Source: Paramecium tetraurelia (lineage: Eukaryota). From it: 64,000 nucleotides of DNA. The notes beneath the pieces are model-generated. The model had not been told where the DNA came from, searched no databases, and saw nothing but the letters and a program-made list of their open reading frames with translations. This document shows positions 45,901 to 59,969 of this stretch, in pieces. The stretch's first letter is position 1, and each line of letters opens with the position of its first letter. The position numbers and the translations under genes are program-made. The DNA is taken from assembly GCA_000165425.1 (NCBI GenBank), contig CT868671.1, positions 439,027 through 503,026 of the forward strand. Direction: 5' to 3'.

Positions 45901-48900
45901 TTTGGATAGTTTAAAAAAGTTCAGATATTGAATAATTTATCATGTTGGTAGATGAGTACATTTAAAATTAATTGCATCCTATACTTTAAAAAATTTCATT
46001 TGAAAATTAAATACTTATGTCATTAACTAAATAATTTGTTTAATTTGTAATTCTTAATTATTAGAGTATCATTTTAGATTCTGACTCTGCTTGCTAAATT
46101 ATTTTTACTAAAGTAAAAGAATAAAATGACTATATTTATGTTAACAACAAATCCTATAACTCTAGGATTGGTGAATTAACAAATATCAAAATGGATGAAA
46201 TATAAAATCCTTCAAATGTTATGCTTTTCAATGAGGCTGAACAACTTTCAATATATATCAAGGCATTGTCACTGCTTGAAACACCTAATAATTCAGCTCT
46301 GCTTAAGACTCTTACTTTTGTAAAATAGTGTTACCATGCTTCTTCATCTTAAGATACTTTGATATTCTTAAGAAATACTTTATTATTTTAAATAATTTTC
46401 TTAGAAACTTCAATTTATAGGATTTAATGTATCAATGAAAGACAGTTCTAAATCTAGATGTTTTATAAATAAATAGTATTTTGAATATTAGAAGATTAAA
46501 TAGTTAGTATTGAGGAAGACATTCTGTTTAAAATATCATAAAAAGTTGAATTAAGAATTTCAAGATCAAGGAGACTATTTTATGAATATATGCTGATACA
46601 ACCTGAACTATTTGTAATTTAATTTAAATCACTCTAAAGATTACTTGCTGCTATATTCATAAGTCTTACTGATCCTTAAAATTGTGTAATAATCTCAAAA
46701 ATTACACTTTTAAATGCAAGTATATGTTAAAATTGACAATTTTCACACGTAAAATTAGAAGCTATTATCTTAGCTGCTCCTCCAATATTTTTTATAAATA
46801 AAATTTGAGATATGAATGAATTTATTTATTCTTAATCCATAAAACTTTCTAATTCTATATCATAATACTTTTATAATATATCAGAAGATAAAATATTATG
46901 ATGGGACACACTATGATTATGAAACATCAAACTAAATGAGTTTATGTAAATAAACGAATTGGATGAATTTGTTAAGGCATTTAGGCTTGATGATAAATTA
47001 AATATTTCAACACTGCTTCTCTATGAATTAATATATATTTATGATGAATAAGCAAATAATGTATCATCTGTTTATGAATGAAAAATGTTTTCTAAAAACT
47101 AAATATTACAAATTGTAATATCAATAATTCTTTCTGAATCTATAGATAATAGCGAAAAGAATCTTGATGATTATTAGTGTAATTATAAATTTCCTCTGAA
47201 TATAATATCTATAATTTCTATTTTAATATTAATTGAAACGAGTTAAAGTTATTTTGGAGATAACTCTAAAATTGATTCATCAATTGTAAATTAATTTACA
47301 ATCTATACATGTGTGAGTTTAAAAGAAGAAAAGTCAACTACTTTCATTAATTTATTTTTATTCATCATTTAGCTTTTGCAGTTTTAACTTAATTGTACTT
47401 TATATTATTAATCTTGTTGTTCATATATAATATTCTAAATAAGAATTGCGTTACTTTCATAGATATAAAAGATGAAAATATTATTTAAATTATGGATTTT
47501 AATTTCTGATGAAGTAAATTGAAGGCATTTTATAATAAATAAGAATGAACTGAAATCAGAGCTATACTAACTTTTCATTTCTTCAAAGTTTAAATTTTAA
47601 ATTTTCAAAATAATATTACTTGACTCTTGGTCTGAGTATATTCTTAATAAGTTTGAGTTTTTAATTTAAATTTATTTAGTAACAAAATTAATAATATTAA
47701 TGGAAATTTTTTAATTAAAATCTTCTTCGATAATCGAAATTAATTGAGACTCGTAGATATTATTATCCAAAAATGATAGGTATTAAATTGAAAAGTTATA
47801 ATTTTATGTAATGAAACTTGAAGTATGTAATTCATTTGAATATAATTTTATGTCTATCATTGATAAAATTGCATAGTTAAAGCAATTTACAAGACTTGAG
47901 ATATTAAATTAACTTGCCTTTATTGTTACATCCTGAAAAGTAATTTTACTTAATTGATCAAGGGAAGTTTTAATAAAAAATATTGATGAATTTTAAAACT
48001 TACAATCTTCTATTAAGAGATTTCGAACTTGTAAAATAATTTTATTATCAGTGAGTTAAAATAATTTAGAATTTGTCAAAGTACAACCTTTTATTATTAA
48101 TCTATCAATTTTAATTATTCCATTAATTTATGAATTACTTAGGCTTAGAAAAGATGAATTCACTAATATTGAATTAAGGATTGTAACGTTATTAAGTTCT
48201 ACTTGACCAAATGTTTCAATTTAAAATAGAGATTTAGAATTTTGTATGTTACTATCATTAATTGTAAAATTAAACAATTTCAGATCTGTTTAAGTTGAAT
48301 TGTTTAGAATAACAAAATCATCGTTAGCAATTCTCTTTTAAACGATGTTGCTAATAACTAAAGTGTCAACATTTAGAATATATATAGGTGCTGAAGTAGA
48401 AAAAATTAAATCTATTTCTGAAGTTATTATATATTAAACACTATTGAGTGAAAATATTTTAGTTTAAACTGTTGAATCTAACCATATAATAGCAACTTTA
48501 CATGGTATTTGACTTGTAAAAATAAATTTGATAATTAAAGTATCTATTCCAATTTAGTTTAAGTAGTTGATTTTAAATGATAATTCCCAGAATGAATCAA
48601 TCAATTCACAATAATCATAACTAACTTCATGTAAAAAAGTAGAGGAGCACTGTTCATCAAAACAATACCTTGCTATCTACTTATCAAGATCTAGTTAAAT
48701 GTTGGGATCAGATACTGCTTTTAAACATTTTTTAGTATATACCAGATTATCGCTATTCAATAAGAAATTAGGTTAAAAAGTCTAGTTAATAATATAGATA
48801 AATTACATATATTTCGTTTTTTGATCTAATTTGGCACGCTTAACATAAATAAGGGCATTCAGAGCAAGAACCATCTATTTAATCTCTAATTGGCTGATAA

Positions 48901-51594
48901 TAATAATTTAATGGGCAATGGTTGCATATAAAACCCTCATGATAATTATAGTCACATGATAAACAATCGGAATCACAATATTTTCTACAAATAAACTCTA
49001 TGAGTTTAAATCCATCTAGACATTCAACTATTTATTCTTACATATCTGTAATTAATTAAGATTGAGGATAAAAATATTGATTGGGCAAAAATTTAGTGAT
49101 GAAACTTTAGATTCTTTAAATCCAGCCATCCTATAATGAATATGAACCTTCTATAACTATTTTTGCTCCTACTATTGTTATTGGATCTGTTAAATAGCAA
49201 CCTCCATTTTTCATTGAAGCTGTATATCCAACATCACAAACAACACATTTGACTGTAGATTCAAGAGTCAAAATACATTGCAAACAATTAAGTTAGTATT
49301 TTTGGCAATTCATAATTTCCGAAGCTAATTTAAAATCATCTATCATCGATAAAGTGCAGATTTCTTTATTGTCCTTTACAAAAGATCTCTAACAATTTTG
49401 CAACTACGGATGCTAATAGAAACACAGCTGTTTATCGAAATCATAAATATAATTTTCTTCACATAAAGCACAACCAGTAATTATTTCTTGATCCTGCTCT
49501 AAAAATTCAAATCCTCTGTATAATGTGGAAATCCTTATATCATTCTTAACATATTGAAAGCAATATTTGCAAAATTTAATATTGCATACTTCACATTATC
49601 TCCTCAACGTTAAATATAATGGAGGAATGCAATACTCTAATCTATCTTAAGATAAAGAAGTACATACTCCTTCAATCGATATGTAGCCAAAGTAACACTC
49701 TAAGCAAGTATTTCCAAATAGAGTATACAAGCACTTTAAACAGTTTTAAAGTAAACCTAAGCAAAAATAATCTAAAGAAAGAAGCTAAATTTCTGATTCT
49801 TCTATATTATATTCGTTTTGAACAAAAGATTAGGTTTTATTACAATTTTTACAATAAATTGCATCATTTCCATCAAAATGGAAATAAATAGGTGATTAAT
49901 CTGTAAATATTTTTTCAACAGATCCATTCAAATTTAAATACAAATTTCTATCGCATTTAGGATCTTATATCCACCCTTTAGGATTTTATACACATTCTAA
50001 GCAAGTTACTAAGTTCTCTTGTATAATTGATGGGCTATATTATATTTTTAAAAGAATACCATTAATAGCAACTATCAGAATATTCAAAGTATCCATATTG
50101 ACAACTTTGCTTCTTTTCGGCATTATTTACTATTTCTAAATTATGATCATAGTATGATTAACAATCTTGATCATCTATAGTATTGTATGGACATACGCAA
50201 GCTTTAAATTATGCTAAGTAAATTCTATCCGATCCTTTTTTACAGGATAAACAATTATTTTTGTTTGGACCCTCGCAATCCTCGCAAGTGTAATGGCAAT
50301 TTTATTGGTTAACTTAAATGTAGCAATTGTAAAACTTAAAATTTCGTAGTTAGATATTCAAATAATTAGTTTAAGATTACAAATTATTCCCATATTAAAG
50401 TTTAAATTAAGTTTGCTTAAATTAAAATACCTTAATCTAGAAAATATAATCATAAACTTAATGGCCTTCCAAAAATTAAATTTGGATTGTTAATTAATCA
50501 TCCTTTACTTAAACATAAACTTAATGCCAAAGAAATATTGAATTAGAAATATCAAACTCTTTCTTAATCAAAAATGGATTATCAGAAAAATCTATTGTTA
50601 CTTATGGAAATGTATAGCTGTAGGTTGTTACGATTATCTAATTGCCTACAGAGGAAATCTTATAAGATAATGAAAAAGGAGCTAAATTGTAATCTGCTAA
50701 AGAATTTTGAAAATTTGATGCTAAGAATAATAATTAATAAATAAATTCTTCCGATGACTTTACTATTTCAATAATTTTCATCCATCCAGATAAAATAAAT
50801 GAATTACAATTTATATTTTCCGACACAAACACTAAATTATCCAGCTAACTAATATCAACATTACCAATATCAGATTAATAATTATCTTAACAAAGACAAT
50901 TTTAATATAACTCAAAAAATGCTTATTATATTTGTTAATAGTTCTCTGAAAATGAGATATCTACAATTTCAAATTCATACAGGACTATTTTACCTGGAAA
51001 ATATGATATTTTAGTTCCTTATTCTATAAATGAGATTTTTGATTGACCTACTATCATGCTACCACCAAAAGTCAGCAATATATTATTATCATAAAAAGGC
51101 CACTTTATTTATAAATATGAATGGAGTATAGTCTGCTGTTAATACATCAAAATTAGTTCAAATTTTTATTATAATGGCCATTACACAATCATCAAGAAAT
51201 ACCAAGCGTTCTCATAATCAAAAAAATCAATATCCTTACTAAATAAATGTTGTTCTTCATTATTATCAATAAATGCAATAATTTTCGTTATTTTTTTTTA
51301 TTCATAATTTAAGCATTCGTAATACAACAGATTAAGTGACTCAGTATATTGTTCAGATGTACTGTGCAAGAACAAACAATTACTGTCAAATTGTCCAACA
51401 ATTCCAACTTATGGAATGTTAGTTAAGGGATTATATTTCGACCACAATCCATATCGAAATCCATTTGTTATTGTAAAATCATTTTCTGACAGTTTTATCG
51501 ATTACTTGCTGACTTAGTAGGATGAATCTAATTCTCTAATTTTAATTCCTCTTAAGGATAATAGCAAAGATAACTAAAAGATATAAAGAAGCAT
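43000..51594 (-). CDS. giant surface/membrane protein: Cys-rich furin-like repeats, parallel beta-helix (GGA[IL]-type) region, multi-pass TM C-terminus
   Basis: Signal-like start, GLWSKYNP, many CxxC repeats, GGAIYF and GGGIYL motifs, C.EGHVGALCEECD, YLFNEY..RYYWE TM region; 3' end approximate. Confidence 0.75.
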
Positions 51595-51812
51595 ATAATT
51601 CTTAAACAAAAAAAATTAAATATAAAAATTCAAATATCGAGAAATCCTCAATTAATTATGTCCAAAGAAGGAAAAACCAAAATTGTCATTCTTATAAGAT
51701 CGTATTACAAAAAGAAGTTAGAAAAATGATAGAATAAATGGTTTGAAATTGATTATATTTTAAAATAAAGGTATCAGATAACATTAGCTTGATTTAAACT
51801 TTTATAAAATAT

Positions 51813-52070
51813 TCATTTTTATATTTCATTAACGCACACCTCACCAATAATCTCGGACATTGCAGAGTTTATGTTTTAGTTATACATGGATTCAAAGTCA
51901 ACTCCATTCATTCCTATCTACATTAATGTTTCAAATTGGTATTTAAATTTGTTGTTGAATTTTTGTTGTTCTAATTTTTATTTCTCCTAATTTCCCTAAT
52001 TTGTTTAACTTTTTTTATTTTCATTTTGTTTAGTTTTTGATTCTTTTTCATCTTTACCTTAAGAAAACAT
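51813..52070 (-). CDS. small protein (85 aa) with weak UBA-like C-terminus
   Basis: MFSQGKDEK..YQFETLMQIGMNG..NQNINSAMSEI-TGA. Confidence 0.35.
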
Positions 52071-52354
52071 TAAATGAAAATTATTTCTATTTATAATATA
52101 TTTTAGCATTATGCATAGAAATAATAAATTTAGTAATGGAATATATCAACTATCATTTATTTATTAAAAATATTTTAATTGGCTTAAGAAATTAAAATAT
52201 TCCATAAAAATTCAACCAAATAATTTTTTAGTTTTGTATAAAGTTGTATCTCAAATGTTTAGACTGATTGTGAATACTATCTCATTTATATTATACTTGA
52301 TCTATTTATTTGAATGAATCATTTAATAAATTTATATAATTTTCATTTTAAGGG

Positions 52355-55300
52355 ATGAATTAAGGTTTTCCTTAAATCAGTAACAATGATGCAAAAGAAA
52401 GTCTACAAGGGATTTTTACAAAGATTAAGAATAAGAAATATATTCGTTCTGTGTTTATTCTTAAGGATCTTAAACCTATTATGAATAAATTGGAAAATTA
52501 AGATAAGCAAAAAATAATAGAATATATGTAGAGAGAATTTAGAGATGAGGAATTTCTTTAGCAAAGTGGATATGTAGAACTACCTGATAACAAACAATTG
52601 TATAATAAAGCAAGGATTGAGAAAGATAAATAACTTATATTTTAACAACTCAGAGTTCCTTAGTTTAATATTGATAATGAGATTCATGAATTGATTTCAA
52701 AAAATGAGTAAATAACATGTAGATTAGATGATAAGATTTTTGATTTACTAGATCTAAATGAATTTAGATTAGGCAAAATGTTCTTTCCATAAATTGAACT
52801 ACTTTAAATTTTGATTTCCTTTTTTTTCCATCCTATTATGTAAGAGCCACCTTATCTTTTAGGATAAATCATAGGCTCATAATTAATACCACAAATATAT
52901 TAATTTTAATATTATTTAGAAACAAAATAAAATACTAGTTAGGATTCATACAACAAAATAGTCTAAACATTATAAGATAGACAACTACATATTATATCCA
53001 CAGAAAATTTTGAAAGGGCTATCTCAGAAATGAAAAATTTCAAAATTTTTGCTGTTATTAATTCTCTTATTGAAGATCATTAAGGCTTACAAGAACTTTT
53101 ATTTTAAAAATTATGTAGTTTGCTGAATTGCACTAAATAATAATTGGAAGTTGAATCAATATTATCTCATCTGTTTAATATTGAAAATATTAATGAAGAG
53201 ATTGAAGAGTTGTACTTTAGTATGATATTTTATTTTTGGATGAAATATCTAACTAAATATGATATAGAACAAGGGTTTTCTGATCTAAAACAGATTGACA
53301 TAATGTCAGAAGATACTAAAGAGAGCAGAGAAATGACGATGCAAGTCATTATCTAAGAATAAATTAAATCTTATGTAGATTAAATATTACAACATTTTGT
53401 TTACGTAATGTTTTACTTTTCAAAATAACAGAGTTTAGCCAATTCCGAGGAATATTAAAGATATAAGAAATAAAGTTTAGAATTACAAGAAAAGATTGCT
53501 TCAAATTCTTCTAAATTATCATTTTAAATTTGGTAAGATGTTTCTTAGCTATAATATTGTTAATTGATAAACATTTAAGGATTTGAAAACTAAATAAAGT
53601 TCTTTTGGATGACATAACTAAATTCTGAATTATTCAAAATTATTAATATCTTATTTACATAAGAACAAACTCAAAATTTATTTTAAGCAACTAAATTATT
53701 AGAAGAACAACTCAGAGTAATTAAGTCAAAAAATAAAGATTTGATTATTTAAAATATCTTAATGCTGTTACCTTAAAGCCTATCAAATGTTGAGAAAAAA
53801 TAAAATATTCTATTAATAACATTATATTTAAAATAGAATTCCCTTAATAGACAAGCCTAGGAATTAATCAAGGAGTTATTCCTCTAAACAAACAATAAAA
53901 ATGAAACAGAGTTCATACAATTTTGCGAACGTTTTTATGAATTGGATGAAGAATAGTATGAAATTTGGTTAGAAAGTGTTGAGTTTTTTTAAATTTTTAA
54001 AATAACACCAAAATGTTTAAGACATAAAAAAACCCATAAGCAATTTCCAACTAATTAATAAACAGCTATAGAACAATTCAGTTTTTCAGTTCCAGAAGAA
54101 ACTAATGAGTAATTAGGATTAGCCATTAGTAATTGGGTTAGATGTATGAATGCAAATACTACATATGATTTATTTAATTTTTATTTTGATAGCTTAAAAA
54201 GAGGTGAATCAGTAAATCTTCTAGTTTAACTCATAAATGAAGAAATATTTAATCATTAATCTAAATATGGATTTTTCAATAGCAAAGCTCTTTTTTAGAT
54301 TTTTTATAATAATTCAAATTAAGAATTAAAATTTTTGTTGCTTAAGTACTATTCAAAGTGTAATCCTGTACCCTTCATTTATTAAGCTTCTTAATTTCAT
54401 GGTATTCATAATTTGGAAAGTTTATATGAAATAAATGACAAATTGTATTATTTGATGCAAAAAAGTGTTAATATAATCAATTTTTCGTTAAGCAAGAATT
54501 AAAGTAAAATTGGTAAAACTGAATTGATTAATAAAATTTTCTATAAAACGTAAAAGTTTGAAATCGGAGATAATTGTTTAATTAATGAAAACACAATAGA
54601 TTTAATGTTTGATTTCGAATTCAATGGTACAAGAAAATTTATGATAGCAGATACTCATGGATATATTCCACCTGAAATATTAATAAAAGTATTACCCCTA
54701 TTTCAAATTTGTATTATTCAAATAGACTCAGAAGATAAATTGCAAGAAAATATAGAATCTATTAAATCCCTTTAAATTTTTAATTCTCATAAGATTTGCC
54801 TTCTAATTCGAAATTCAAAAAAAAATAAAATACCTGAATAATTTTAACAAGAATTAATCCAATTAAAAATAAATTTTCATTAGGTTTCCGATCTATCATG
54901 GAGAGGAATAGATAAATAATTACAGTTAAACGAAATTGAAGGTGCCTCAAAATTTGTTTTGTATAACATTTTTTCATTTGACTGTTATCCACACAAGTCT
55001 TAACAATTATATTTGGATATACTATAGAAATTTAATAATAAGTCAAAAGAAAACTCTGAGGTTATTCTTTAAAATATAATAATTTTATAAGAGATGAAGT
55101 CAGAATTATAAAAATTAATTAAATTACCTGATGGATTTTATGCTTTAGAAGCCTTTTCATTGCGTCACTCTCATTATCACTACAAAATCTTAAAATAAAA
55201 ATTGATTGAAAAGTCACTAGAGCCAAATAGTGATCAAGCCAAAATAAAGCAGTTAAGAGATGATATTGAAGAAAACTTAATGTTTAAAAAATATAAGGTT

Positions 55301-57634
55301 CCAACAAAATTACTCAATTTATTTTAACAAGTCTTAATGCAAGATCATATGTAGTATTTATGGTTTCTTGAAAAATTGAGGTAATTTAATGAGAAAAATA
55401 CATAGAAATTAAATGAAGGGAATTAAAATCCAATGATGAGGAGTGCATCATCGTTAAGAAGTACAAGTCAAGGCTAATAACAGATTTTATCTTCAGATAT
55501 TAATTTATAAGTATCAGATGTGTAAGATTAGATAAAGCATATAGAAAATGAATTAAAATTTAATAAAATTGGTATAGAGATCTTTTGGAGAGAACTGATA
55601 TAATTTGGAAGTCTAGAAAGATAATTATCAATAAATCCTATTGAAGCACTTTGTTAAATTATCAGAAAAGGGGAACCTTTTGAACTTTTGGATGGAGATT
55701 CCTAAACAATTGACAAAGAAATTTTGTTAAAAATAATATAAAAGCTCCATTAAGATAAGAATGAAAAAGTATTAGTCTTAAGTGTCTTAGGACCTTAAAG
55801 TTCAGGTAAATCCACTTTATTGAATAATTTATTTGGATGCCATTTTTGGACAAGTGTTGGTAGATGCACAAGAGGAGTTCATATGCAATTAATAAAAGTG
55901 AGAAATAAAGAAAAATTTGGAGGATTATTTAATCAAATTCTTCTTTTGGATACTGAAGGTCTTTAAAGTCCAAATTAAACAGATGTTGAATTTGATTAAA
56001 AAATGTCCTTGTTTATTTTAGCTATCAGTGATATCATTCTGATAACTGTTAAAGGTGATATCAACTTATAATTCCATAATCTTATTGAAGTGTGTTTATT
56101 TCAATATAGCTAATTAATATAAAATCTCTCAGGAGTTAAATAAATTGTATGGTGTTTTAACCAAAATAACGACGTTTAAAAGAAAGGGCCTTTTTTTGAA
56201 TAAATTCAATAGTTGGTTATGAGAGTGGAATAGAGAAATTAGCAACCAAGTTAATCTGATCCAGAGATCAAAGAATAATATAATGAATAAATTGATTATG
56301 CAAGGATTATTGATATTGATACAAAACATATATGGGTTTTGGGATTTGCTTAAATTCAGAATATTTGGGATTTTCAAAAGTGGACTTAATCAAGCCTTAA
56401 TGAAACTTTTTCTAAAAATGCTTATTACAATGGAATAATGATGCTTAATAATTATGTAGAAAAATTTTAATTCTAGAATGAAATTGGTTAACTTTAAACT
56501 CTCTCTTAAGTTTTATCAGCGATTGATGGAACTTGGAACAATATTCAAAAATTACCGGACTATATAGAGTTTTCAGAATTACTTCAATATGACTAAAACA
56601 AAGACATGAAAATTGAATACTAAAAGATCTTTAAAATTAAAAGTGCTGAGTTTGATTTCAAAAATCAAATTAGAATTTAAATTTAGGAGGAAGCTCTAAA
56701 AAATAAACCATCTGAAGAATTTTTTATTTAATTAAAGGAAAAAAAAATTGATGATATTAATAATAAACTAAAAACTATTTAAGAATCAATCAGTGAGGAA
56801 CTTCAAAAATTTAGGTAAACTAAGAAGATTTCTAAAAATATTTATTTAAAATAATTAGAATAGCTAGATAGATAATTTTAAAATGAAAGATTGGTATGTA
56901 ATCTAATAATTACAGAATCAATCCTTTCTCAAAAAATTAAATATGATTAAGATTCAAGTTTATAAAACTTAGAAAAGGCTTTTAGAACTTCATATGACAA
57001 TTAGAGATACATGCAGCTGGATTAAGATCAAATCTTGGAGTAATTTAATCAAGAGTGGGAAAATATTTTAGAATAATTTTCCAAGACTTTAAATTCTTAA
57101 TTTGATAAATTTTAAACAATGCAATATGAGACAATTAAAGGACATTATAATGACTTTATTATTAAATCAAGTCTGGAATCTGAATATCTAAATTTGTTAA
57201 GATATCAGATAAATAATACTCAACCATCAAAATCTAATTAGGAATTTTAGTAATTGTTTTAGAAGTATCTTGAGGAGTTACAGGAAAATTAATTTAGGCC
57301 TATCCTTAAAGCAGATTAAGAATTTTTTCATATCTATGATAAGCCAATAAAAGATAAAATTTAAGAATTTGAGGAAACAAATTGTATTAATTTTCTAAAA
57401 TTTTATACATGCTAAATATAAGTTGAATATATAGCAAAAAATGAGATTAAAATATATTTAGATAATCATATCATCGATGATTTTGAATACTTATTGAAAG
57501 TTAATTAAGACAATTTTGAAGACATCTTACAAGATAATTAAAACAAAGATATAAATACATATTTTTTTTAAACCTTTTTCGATTATTTTCAGTTAGAATA
57601 TGATATTTAATTGATTGGATAAAATGCCTTCTGA
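52355..57634 (+). CDS. VLIG/GVIN1/URGCP-type very large GTPase (1759 aa ORF)
   Basis: One frame with no intron seen; GIEIFWRELIQ, PFELLDGD, VLSVLGPQSSGKSTLLNNLFGCHFWTSVGRCTRG, LLLDTEGLQS, FDQKMSLFILAISD. Confidence 0.85.
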
Positions 57635-59969
57635 AAACTAAAAATGATTATTTCTGAAGAATCTGAACAAAGTAAATGAAATTACATATAAATACCTGAT
57701 AAACTAGGTAAAAAAAGTAATTTTAAAAACTTTCCAAGAAATAATTACAAAACTCTAAAAATTGAAGAATCTTTAGCAACAGTCTCTATGCTCTTAAGTA
57801 AAAGGGATTTTAGATTAAATTTAATAAATAGGCTAAATTGTTTCTGAAAAAATAGAGTATGAATACAATAACAAAGATTATAATTAATATGAAGTTTACA
57901 TTAATATGACAAAAGATCTGGATTCAAAATAATTATATTCGAATTTGAATCAGTTTAGTAAAATATTTACAAATTTAATGGAGAAAGAAAAGGGTTGGGA
58001 GAGATTATATATGGAAGTTTATCAACTTCGTTTATTAAGAAATGGGTGTTGATATAATAATGTTGTCATAAAACTAATAATTAATAAAAAGAAGTTTCAT
58101 TGTTATGATATGTAGAAAATAAATATGATTAAGTCTTAGAAATTGAAAGTAAAATCTAATTCAAGGCTAGATTTAATAAGTCCATGATTTCATACTTTGG
58201 ATTAATATGTAACTAAATTAGGAGAGAGATGCATAATATATTTTGGTTTATTAATTATTTGGAGATTTATATGTTTTTCTTAATGGTAATCTGTAAATAA
58301 AATTATAGATTAATTGAAATAAAAGAAATTGGATCTATTAGAAAAGTTTTTTGCTTATCTTCAAAAAAATGACTATAAATTAAGTAGGATTTAAGCAAGT
58401 GAATTATTTGAAACAATTAAGAGGAATTTTGAATTACAATTTTATAATAAATATACTCCTCAAATTGTAGAAGAGATTTAAAATTAATAATGTGATCTAG
58501 AATAATAGTTCTTAGAATCAGACGATAAAGAATTTATAATAAATTATATAATAGATTAAAAAAATGTAATAAACAATCATGTGGACAAAAAATTAGATGA
58601 GTTAACAATAAGGTTGGAGGAGGATTTTTAATTTGAATTAGCTGAGCAATACTAAGAACTAATTGAAAAATTAAAGAAAAACGCTCATTTGTTAAAAGAA
58701 TATCTAGTGCCTAACCTAAATGTTGAAGAATACTTTGAGAACCCATAACAAGATTTAGAGAGAAAATTGTTTGGAATTGTAGTTTGTTTTCTTTAGGGAA
58801 GTAATTCTAGAGACATAAATTTAATAAATAAAAAATACAAATTTATATTTTATTAAGGTGAAAAAGTGAAAGTGGAATTCCATTTGAACAATCTACAGAA
58901 TCCGGAAATTAAATTATTAGATGTTTTTGTTGAGGAGTTAATTGAAATTTTGAACCAAAAAAAAAATATAAAAATATAACTTAACTTTAATCTATTCAAA
59001 ATGTAAGAATAATTATTCAAAAAAAAAATAGAAATGTAAGGATGTCAAACTTCTTGTGGTTTTTGCAATAGAAAATGTGATTTACAGTAGGAGCATCAAT
59101 CAAATCATGAATGCTAAAATGGACATTTTTTAATAGGTATAAATATTTAATTTATCATAATAAGTGAATTTGGAGAAATAAAAATAATAATATTCATGTG
59201 ATGATGATTTTTTTTTTTTAAGGCGAGTTGAAAATTTTGAATGGGATTTCGATCCAAAATAAAATATCGATCAAAAAAAATAATTAAAAGACAAATTAAT
59301 AAAAATTTGGTAAGAATATGGTCAGGATATCTGTAATAAATTACAAAAATCTTACTAAAACATATAATAATTGAATCATAATAGAGTTCACTATATTTTC
59401 ATTTTGGATAGTTCAGAGTCTATGAATAAGGATTGGACTGATATTAAAAAAGGAGTTCGAGAGTTCATAAAAAAAATCAAGGAGAAAGATTAGGTTGAAA
59501 ATAAAGAATTTTGGATAAGTCTCATCCTTTTTAACAAAGAATAGACTACACTTATAAATAGTAAAAGGGCTAGGGATATAAAAACAAAATTTAAAATGAA
59601 CTTTTTAGGGGGAGGAACAAACTTTGGGAAACCAATCAAGAAAGCCATAAATCTAGTTAAAAAAGACAATACCTCTGATCTGTATAAATTTATAAATATC
59701 AAAGATTCTTAATATTATTCTACACTGATGGAAAAGCTGCTATTCCAGAATAAGAACTTAAAAAGATGTAGAACCTAGAGGAAGAAAAAAGAAAAAAAAT
59801 ACATTTAATAGCCTGTACGCATGATTCTAACACTTAAAATAAAGTTCTTAATAACATGGTTAAATATTTTAGTGATCATATCAAATAAGCAGAAATTTTT
59901 ACTTTTTCTTCGGCAAATGTTTTGATTGGCTTTTGGTCTGTAGTTATAAATTTTAGATTGAATAGATGA
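57635..59969 (+). pseudogene. disrupted 3' continuation of the VLIG gene: linker with stops and frameshifts, Cys/His cluster, intact vWA domain
   Basis: GCQTSCGFCNRKCD..H..HECQNGH at ~59040-59130; HYIFILDSSESM..GGTNFGKPI..ILFYTDG at 59385-59730. Confidence 0.7.

Noticed and set aside
57632..58400. TGA readthrough or selenocysteine in the VLIG gene
   Set aside because: Frame changes accompany the TGAs, so readthrough alone cannot restore the ORF
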